64,000 nucleotides of DNA from Alphaproteobacteria bacterium (GTDB lineage Bacteria > Pseudomonadota > Alphaproteobacteria > UBA828): assembly GCA_965214705.1 (NCBI GenBank), contig CBDCCI010000002.1:864001-928000 (forward strand), given 5' to 3'. This document shows, piece by piece, positions 57,693 to 64,000 of this stretch. Under the pieces are notes generated by a model, which searched no databases, was not told where the DNA came from, and saw nothing but the letters and a program-made list of their open reading frames with translations. Made by a program: the position numbers and the translations under genes. Within the stretch, counting starts at the first letter, position 1, and every line of letters starts with the position of its first letter.

Positions 57693-58811
57693 TTACTCTC
57701 CTAACGCCTTTCCGACGATTTCTGCGGCATCGGCGACCATGCTGTCGGCGAGGTGCGTGTACTTGAGAGTGGTCTCGGGGCTCGCATGACCGAGCAGGCG
57801 TCCGATGGCGAGGACGGTGACGCCCTGCCTGAGTGCGATGCTGGCATGCGTGTGTCGAAGATCGTGAAGGCGCACGTCAGTCAATCCGGCCTCGGCACGG
57901 AGCCTGTGCCAGAAGTGGTCGAGCGCGCCCGGCTCGGGCGGTTGGGCTCGATGCGGGGCCGCGAACACCCAGGGACCCTTCCGCTCCAGGTCGTCGAGGA
58001 CGTCACGCGCGGGCTGCGACAGCCAGACGGTTCTGGGGCCGGACTTGCTATCGCGCAGGAAGAGGTGTCCCTCGCGGTAGTCGGACCATCGGAGGCCCAG
58101 CATCTCCCCTTTCCGGCATCCGGTCAGCAGCAGGAGGCGGATTGTTGCGACATGCCGCGGGAAGCGCTCCGCATGCGCGGACAGCTGCGCCGACAGGCGG
58201 CGAATCTCGTCGTCGGAGAGAAAACGCTCACGCCCCTTGCGGCGATAGCGCCGGATGCCCCGGCAGGGGTTGGAGCCCTCGGGCCTGAGCCCCGCCACCT
58301 CGGCCTCGCGCATGATGACCGACAGGACCGGCATCGACCTGTCGGCCGCGACCGGGGTGGCGCGGAGCGCGGCGAACCAGTCATGCACCTCGTGGCGGTC
58401 GATCTCGGCAACCGGGCGACCGGCGAAGTGAGGCAGAATCTGGTTCTTGAGATAGCGCCGGTTGACCGCCAGCGTGCGCCGCTTCCACAGTCGTTCGTAT
58501 TGCAGGAACACGGTCTCGGCGAAATCCTCGAAGAGCGTTTCCCCGGCCGCGGAATCCCCTTCACCCCGCCTGATGGCGGCGAGCATCCCGCGGGCGCGGG
58601 CGCGCGCCTCGTCAACGCCGGTCTCTGCGGCGTCACCGACGATCTTCCAGGCGCGCTCCCCGTCGTGCTGGCAATGGATGAAGAAGCGCTTGCGGCCCGA
58701 GGGCAGCACGCGGATGCCGAAGCCTTTGAGCTTGCCGTCCCGGACATCGCGGGCTGTCTTGCGGGGCCTGAGTGCCCGCACGCGGGCGTCGGTGAGGGTC
58801 GTTCCGGCCAT
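57693..58811 (-). CDS. Tyrosine recombinase/integrase 1 with N-terminal arm-binding domain
   Basis: DGKLKGFGIRVLPSGRKRF; TGCRKGE, SKSG, HDLRHT, LLGH...LKY. Confidence 0.95.
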   Translation of the reverse strand: MAGTTLTDARVRALRPRKTARDVRDGKLKGFGIRVLPSGRKRFFIHCQHDGERAWKIVGDAAETGVDEARARARGMLAAIRRGEGDSAAGETLFEDFAETVFLQYERLWKRRTLAVNRRYLKNQILPHFAGRPVAEIDRHEVHDWFAALRATPVAADRSMPVLSVIMREAEVAGLRPEGSNPCRGIRRYRRKGRERFLSDDEIRRLSAQLSAHAERFPRHVATIRLLLLTGCRKGEMLGLRWSDYREGHLFLRDSKSGPRTVWLSQPARDVLDDLERKGPWVFAAPHRAQPPEPGALDHFWHRLRAEAGLTDVRLHDLRHTHASIALRQGVTVLAIGRLLGHASPETTLKYTHLADSMVADAAEIVGKALGE

Positions 58812-58929
58812 GGCGTCTCTCCCGGCTGCGGTTGCAGCCGGGGAACGTCGGGGTAGCCGATCCGTCCGGATGCAACAGATGTGGAGAGAAAAAGCGACCC
58901 TGTTTCAGTCCATTAGCACCGAAGGTGCG

Positions 58930-58940
58930 CACGCTGGTGT
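58930..58940 (+). repeat. attR core CACGCTGGTGT
   Basis: Identical to 45015-45025; followed by TCGATTATCCG, which completes the codons for FDYP. Confidence 0.9.
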
Positions 58941-61609
58941 TCGATTATCCGAACATTTCCGTTCTCGCTGATCATCTGGTGGGGGAGCTTGGCGACGAGA
59001 TCGCGGCCCCAGCCCCCGAGGCGACGACCGAAACGAGCCGGCAGGTGCCGGTGCGGCGCGAGGACGACGGCATTGCCATCGTAGGGATGGCCTGCCGCTT
59101 CCCCGGCGCGCCGGACATCGCCACATTTTGGCGCCAGCTCGAAGCGGGTCACGACGCGGTGACGGACGGGCGCCAAGACGGCGGGACCTGGACCGGGGTT
59201 GCCGGAGACCCGGCAGCCGACGACAGTCCCTGGAGGCAAGGCGGCTTCGTCGACGGGATCGACGGCTTCGATGCGCGCTTCTTCGGCATGACTCCCATCG
59301 GCGCACGCATGATGGACCCGCAGCAGCGGCTGCTCCTGGAAACCACCTGGCAGGCGCTCGAAGATGCGGGGATCGATCCGGACGGCCTGCGGGGCAGCTG
59401 CACCGGGGTCTACGCCGGGGTCTCCACCAGCGAGTACCGCGATCTGATGATGTTGGCTGGCAACGAGAACCTCAGCTATCTCGGTACCGCGAGCAGCACC
59501 GCAGTCGGCGGTGTGGCGTTCAAGCTGGGTCTCACGGGACCGACCAATCCGGTGATGCTCAACTGCGCGGCGTCGCTGGTCACGGTGCAGCAGGCGGTCG
59601 CGGGCCTGCGGCAGGGCGAGGTGGAGATGGCGCTGGTGGGCGGCGTGAGCGCCGTGCTCTCGCCCGGGCTGACCGTCGAGATGGCAGCGCTGGGAATGCT
59701 GTCACAGCGCGGCCGCTGCAGCACCTTCGATGCTGCGGCAGACGGATTCGTGCGGAGCGAGGGCTGCGGCATGGTCGTCCTAAAGCGGCTCGCCGAGGCT
59801 GAGGCCGACGGCGACCGCATCTGGGGGGTCATTCGCGGCGCGGCGGTCAACCAGAACGGAGCGAGCGCGGGGCCGACCGTGCCGAACGGCCCGGCGCAGG
59901 AGCGGGTGATCGAGGAAGCGCTCTCGCAGGCGGGGGTCCTGCCGTCGGACGTTGACTATCTGGAGGCGCACGGGGCGGGTTCGGCGCTAGGCGATCCTAT
60001 CGAGGTGAACGCGGCGGCGGCGGTCTATGGTCGGGAGCGGAGCCCTGACCGTCCGCTGCTCATCGGCTCGGTCAAGACCAACATCGGCCATCTGGAATCG
60101 GCGGCGGGCGTTGCCGGCCTGATCAAGGTCGTGCTGGCGATGCGGCACGGCACAATCCCGAAGAACCTGCACTTCCGGGACCCCAATCCGCACCTGGAGT
60201 GGGACCGGCTGCCGCTGCGCGTGGTGTCGGAGACGACGGACTGGCCGCGAGACCCCGACCGGCCGCCGCGGGCAGGCGTCAGCGCGTTCGGTATTTCGGG
60301 CGTGAACGCGCACGTCGTGCTGGAGGGCTACGGGCCGACGAGTGGCGCATCGGCCGGGAACCAGGGCAATGATTCCCATGCGGGCGCCCCGCAGCGCGTC
60401 GCGGTGACATTGCCGGAGCCGGCCGCGAGTCTGCCGCCGTCCGAGGAAGCCTTCTCCGCGCGCAACACGCGGTTTCTGCCGCTCTCGGCCAAGTCCGACG
60501 AGGCGCTCCAGGCACTGGCGGGGCGCTATCTCACGTGGCTTGACGAGCACGCCAGCGAACTGGCGGCAGATGGCGCTGCATCTGACACCCTGCTCTCGGA
60601 CATGGCCTGGACGGCCGCCGTCGGCCGCAGCCACTTCGGCCATCGGGCGGGCGTGGTGTTCCAGGACGCGGAATCGCTGCGACAAGGTCTCACCGCGCAC
60701 GCGCATGCGGACGCGGTGCCTGGCCCGGGGGCGGCGACGAAGGCGGCATTCGCCTACACCGCCGAGACTGGCGAGTGGGTCAGCATGGGGGGCGCACTCT
60801 ACGCGCGCGAGCCGGTGGTGCGCGCCGTGCTCAACCGCTGCGATGCGGTGCTCGGGGAGGATCGGGGGGCCTCGCTGCTCGATGCGATGTTCGGCGGTCC
60901 CGGCGTCGAGGGGGGCCTGAGCGATCCGGCGTGGGCGCGGCCCGCAACCTACGCTCTCGCGTGCGCGCTCACCGCACTATGGGCGAGCGTCGGCATCCGG
61001 CCAAGCGTGGTGGCCGGACAGGGCGCAGGCGAGATTGCGGCGGCACAGGCCGCCGGCGTGTTCAGTCTGGAGGACGGCTTGCGGCTAGCCGCGGCCGGGA
61101 GCGACACCGAGGCGGCGCTGGACGGCGTCGCATTCGCCACGCCGACGGTCGGCCTTGTGAGCGACCTCACCGGCCACGTGATGGATCCGGATCAAGCTCT
61201 GGATAGGATGTACTGGCACCGCCAGGCGGCGGGCGCTCCAATCGCAATCGACGGCTGCGCCGAGACACTGGCCGCCCTGGGCGTCGACGTCGTCATCGAG
61301 ATCGGACGGGCCTCCGTGCTGGCGCCGCTGTTGGCAGAGGCTTGGCCGAAGACAGAGGAAAACGCAGCGGCGCCAATGCTGTTGTCGAGCCAGCGGCAGT
61401 CGTCGGGCGGCGAAGAGGCGGCGGCAGGACATGCCGACGGTGCCTTCGTGGAGGCGGTCGCCCGGGCCTACGAGGCGGGGCTCGGCGTGTCCTTCGCGGG
61501 GCTCTTCGCGAGCGAGACACGGCGTCGTATCTCGCTGCCGGGCTATCCCTTCCAGCGCCGGCGCTTCTGGCTATCGAAGCCTGGGGGGCACACCACCGTG
61601 TCGGATTGA
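58941..61609 (+). pseudogene. supA: SupA-like PKS fragment 3: end of ACP, second KS and inactive AT
   Basis: FDYPNISVLADHL; KS2 LNCAAS/HGAGS/NIGHLE; AT2 GQGAG lacks the catalytic Ser; ends LPGYPFQRRRFW. Confidence 0.9.
59783..60850 (+). repeat. KS2/linker region paralogous to the KS1 region (about 36030-37050), with blocks of near-identical DNA
   Basis: AAGCGGCTCGCCGAGGC..GACCGCATCTGGGG at 36030 and 59783; GTCAAGACCAACATCGG; AGCCACTTCGGCCA..TTCCAGGACGCGGA. Confidence 0.8.
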
Positions 61610-61651
61610 GCGCACGAACGTGCACCGGCAGGGGTGCCGCTCACGCGGGCG

Positions 61652-62551
61652 CTACGAGAGGCCGTGCCGCTCCAGGAATTCGCGGGTCACCGCAACGCAC
61701 TCCGCGGGCTTCTCCAGTTGCAGGAAGTGCGTTGCCTCGGGGATGAAATCGTAGTCCATGGCCGAGACAATTCGCTGGTCGAGCGTCGGCAGATACGCAT
61801 GCGGCAGGGTGGGGTCGGCACCGATGATCTTCGTCGGGCAGTCGAGCAGGTCGAGGTCCAGCAGCGGGAAGAAGCTCCGGGCGTAATCCATCATCTGCGC
61901 TTCGTATTCGCGGGGGCAGCGAAGCTCATAGCCCTCACCGCTCGCGGCCTCTCGGAGCGTCGTCCGGGCCATGAGTTCGTGTACGCCGGGAGCGGCCCGC
62001 TTGAAGGTCGGAAAGATTCCCAGAATCTCGATAAAGTCTTCCCGTCTCCTGAAGTGCTGTCCCCGCCGCCGAATCAGGGCCGCCCCGCGCTCGGCAGCGT
62101 CGTGAAGCTCCGTCTGACTCGCGCCGGGCCTGGTCAGGGGCGGATCGAACAGGACCAACGCCGAATAGAGTTTGCTGAACGAGAGCAGCGTCACGACCGT
62201 GGTGAGCGAGTGAAAGATGCCAACGGTCGGCTTGCTTCCATGGGTACGATCGATGGTCTCGAGAATGATGTCGTGATCGCGAATCATGGTCGGAACATTG
62301 TGATCCGTCTGGGCGCCGACGCTGTTCCAGCCGTGGTTCCTGAGGTCGTAGACCATCAGGTCGAAGTCGTCCGCGAGCAGAGACCAGAACGGATAGTAGA
62401 GATCGGCGGCGAGACCGCTGCCGTGGCTCAGGACGATTCTGAGGCCCGACGGATTGCCGTGCCGCCGCACCGTGGTGGTGGTATCGGCGTCAAGGCGGAC
62501 ATCCAGCGTCGAAAGGGGCTGGGGTATCTCCCAAACCGCTTCTGTCGTCAT
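61652..62551 (-). CDS. Alpha/beta hydrolase (SupD-like)
   Basis: SHGSG, YDLRNHG, FHSLT nucleophile elbow, THFLQLEKP. Confidence 0.85.
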   Translation of the reverse strand: MTTEAVWEIPQPLSTLDVRLDADTTTTVRRHGNPSGLRIVLSHGSGLAADLYYPFWSLLADDFDLMVYDLRNHGWNSVGAQTDHNVPTMIRDHDIILETIDRTHGSKPTVGIFHSLTTVVTLLSFSKLYSALVLFDPPLTRPGASQTELHDAAERGAALIRRRGQHFRRREDFIEILGIFPTFKRAAPGVHELMARTTLREAASGEGYELRCPREYEAQMMDYARSFFPLLDLDLLDCPTKIIGADPTLPHAYLPTLDQRIVSAMDYDFIPEATHFLQLEKPAECVAVTREFLERHGLS

Positions 62552-62693
62552 GGCAGAGGGTCGGGTTTCCTCCCGACGCCGGGCTTTGAACGGAGACGCA
62601 ACATGGGCCGAATTTAGCTACGGCCAGTGCCGGAATTGCCGGCGCCCCCGCGTTTGGAGGCGGCCGGCCGTGCTCACTTGGCGCCGGAAAGCA

Positions 62694-62924
62694 TCACCCG
62701 GCGCGGGCATCGATATACGTCACAAGCTCCCGTAACGTATTGAACTGCAAGCAGTCCTCCGCAACCATGTTCAGGCTGAACTCCTGATTGACCGCCTTGT
62801 AAAACGCGACCGCATCCACCGAAGAGACCCCGGCGTCACTGAACGGCCGATCGAAATCTGGATCGTGATCCAGGTCGAAGCTGTCGTTGATGATTGTCCG
62901 CAGGCGGGTTTCCGTTGACGACAT
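62694..62924 (-). CDS. Free-standing acyl carrier protein (SupB-like)
   Basis: 76 aa; DAGVSSVDAV phosphopantetheine-site variant; TLRELVTYID; GGGAG RBS. Confidence 0.82.
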   Translation of the reverse strand: MSSTETRLRTIINDSFDLDHDPDFDRPFSDAGVSSVDAVAFYKAVNQEFSLNMVAEDCLQFNTLRELVTYIDARAG

Positions 62925-63245
62925 GCGCATAGTCTCCCTGTCTTTAAAGAGCTGAAAGTGAGACCCCACACGGGGCTCAGAAGTGTACAGGTCCGATTGC
63001 ATCGACACCATCGCCGAAACGGAAGGCGCCGCGCAACAACTGCGCCTTATTAGGCGTCGACTATGCCGATTCGGTCAAGTCTTGTCGCAACTCCCGGCTT
63101 TGGCAAACTACGCTGCAAATCCATGACGGGTTACTTAATGCTAATCCGTCGACACGTCAGCGTGCGAGCGGGAGGCCGATAGAGACCGCCATGCGCGACA
63201 AATAGCGGGCGGAAAATGCCCCGACGCGGATACGCACCCGCTGCG

Positions 63246-63971
63246 CTACGAGCCGCTGCTCTGAGACGGTAGTCTGTAGGCGAGCGCGGCGGCGAAGCGG
63301 GGCTCTCCCAAATCCAGGAGCCGCCATTCGCTCTCCGGCGCGTGCCGGAATCGAAACAAACCCGACCGGTCGCCGCGCAGCATCGCCTCCGGGATTTCGA
63401 ATCGCGACGGGCTTAGAGAAAATCCGGCGCCGATCGCCTTGATCAACGCCTCCTTCATGCTCCACAGGCGATAGAAGAGATGAACCTTGTCATCGCCGGT
63501 GGCGATTGCCAGCGAGCGGCGCTCGGCCGGTCCGTAAACCAGACCGCCGATGCCTTCCAGGTCGCGCTGCGCGACACGCTCCTCCACATCGACGCCGAGG
63601 CAGTCGAGCGCGCCGAGCACGATCAGCCCGTGCCGGCCGCTGTGACTGACGTTGAAGCCGATCCTCGCGCGCCGGCCGTTCAACACGGCGAAGGGCTTGC
63701 TGTGTTCGCCGTAGCCGAAGGAGAGCGCGCGATCTTCGCAGCCCAACCGATCGCAGAGACTGACGCGGAGCGCAGCGCGGCAGAGGGCGTACTCCCGCCG
63801 GGCGCGCTCCGACAGGAAACGGCGCCAGCGCGTCCCTTCGTCATCGTCTAGCAGCGAAAGGGCGCGGGCCTCGCGCTCCGCATCCGGCGTGAGGTCCACG
63901 TGCAGGATCGTCGCGCCTTCGACCTCGCGCCAGAGACTCCACCAGGGGCTGGCCGATTTCGTCATCACCAA
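63246..63971 (-). CDS. Sfp-type 4'-phosphopantetheinyl transferase (SupC-like)
   Basis: SKP, FNVSHSG, LGVDVE, FYRLWSMKEALIKAIGAG. Confidence 0.92.
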   Translation of the reverse strand: MVMTKSASPWWSLWREVEGATILHVDLTPDAEREARALSLLDDDEGTRWRRFLSERARREYALCRAALRVSLCDRLGCEDRALSFGYGEHSKPFAVLNGRRARIGFNVSHSGRHGLIVLGALDCLGVDVEERVAQRDLEGIGGLVYGPAERRSLAIATGDDKVHLFYRLWSMKEALIKAIGAGFSLSPSRFEIPEAMLRGDRSGLFRFRHAPESEWRLLDLGEPRFAAALAYRLPSQSSGS

Positions 63972-64000
63972 AGGCGGTGTCTGGTAGCGGCAATCACCTC

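Larger units (their letters stand above)
45015..58940. mobile_element. Integrative mobilizable element (~13.9 kb) inserted in the PKS ACP domain
   Basis: 11-bp direct repeat at both ends; MOBF relaxase and two tyrosine recombinases; no T4SS or coupling protein; lower-GC cargo at about 52.4-56.5 kb. Confidence 0.92.

Noticed and set aside
45015-58940. Self-transmissible ICE or prophage
   Set aside because: There are no T4SS, coupling-protein or phage structural genes, so it is mobilizable at most.

Overview
High-GC alphaproteobacterial (Rhodospirillales-like) chromosome segment. About 1-32 kb is mostly core genome (yajC-secD-secF-Mth938, trmFO, uvrA/ssb, gyrA-coaD-queA-tgt, gltDB, uppP, rnd) with small accessory inserts: a probable (R)-selective amine transaminase, a TauD dioxygenase, purine deaminases plus a PuuD-like gene, and hpnE. 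About 33-64 kb holds a cluster with the architecture of the sponge-symbiont 'sup' PKS locus: an NCS2 permease, a type I PKS (KS-AT-DH-MT-ER-KR-ACP-KS-AT0), an alpha/beta hydrolase, a free ACP and a PPTase. The PKS gene is cut into three pieces by two insertions. One is a 2160-bp IS1634 element (4-bp GGAA duplication) in the KR-ACP linker. The other is a 13.9-kb integrative mobilizable element flanked by an 11-bp direct repeat (CACGCTGGTGT) inside the conserved ACP 'TLVFDYP' codons. Removing both restores a single 3445-aa ORF. The element carries two tandem tyrosine recombinases, three RHH-type genes, a MOBF (TrwC-like) relaxase-helicase with ~150-aa C-terminal repeats, a Brig1-like anti-phage DNA glycosylase, a broken RlmJ-like methyltransferase and two secreted proteins. 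Its right end carries a hairpin resembling the R388 TrwC-binding site. All family calls come from motif reading and recall; no database searches were run.
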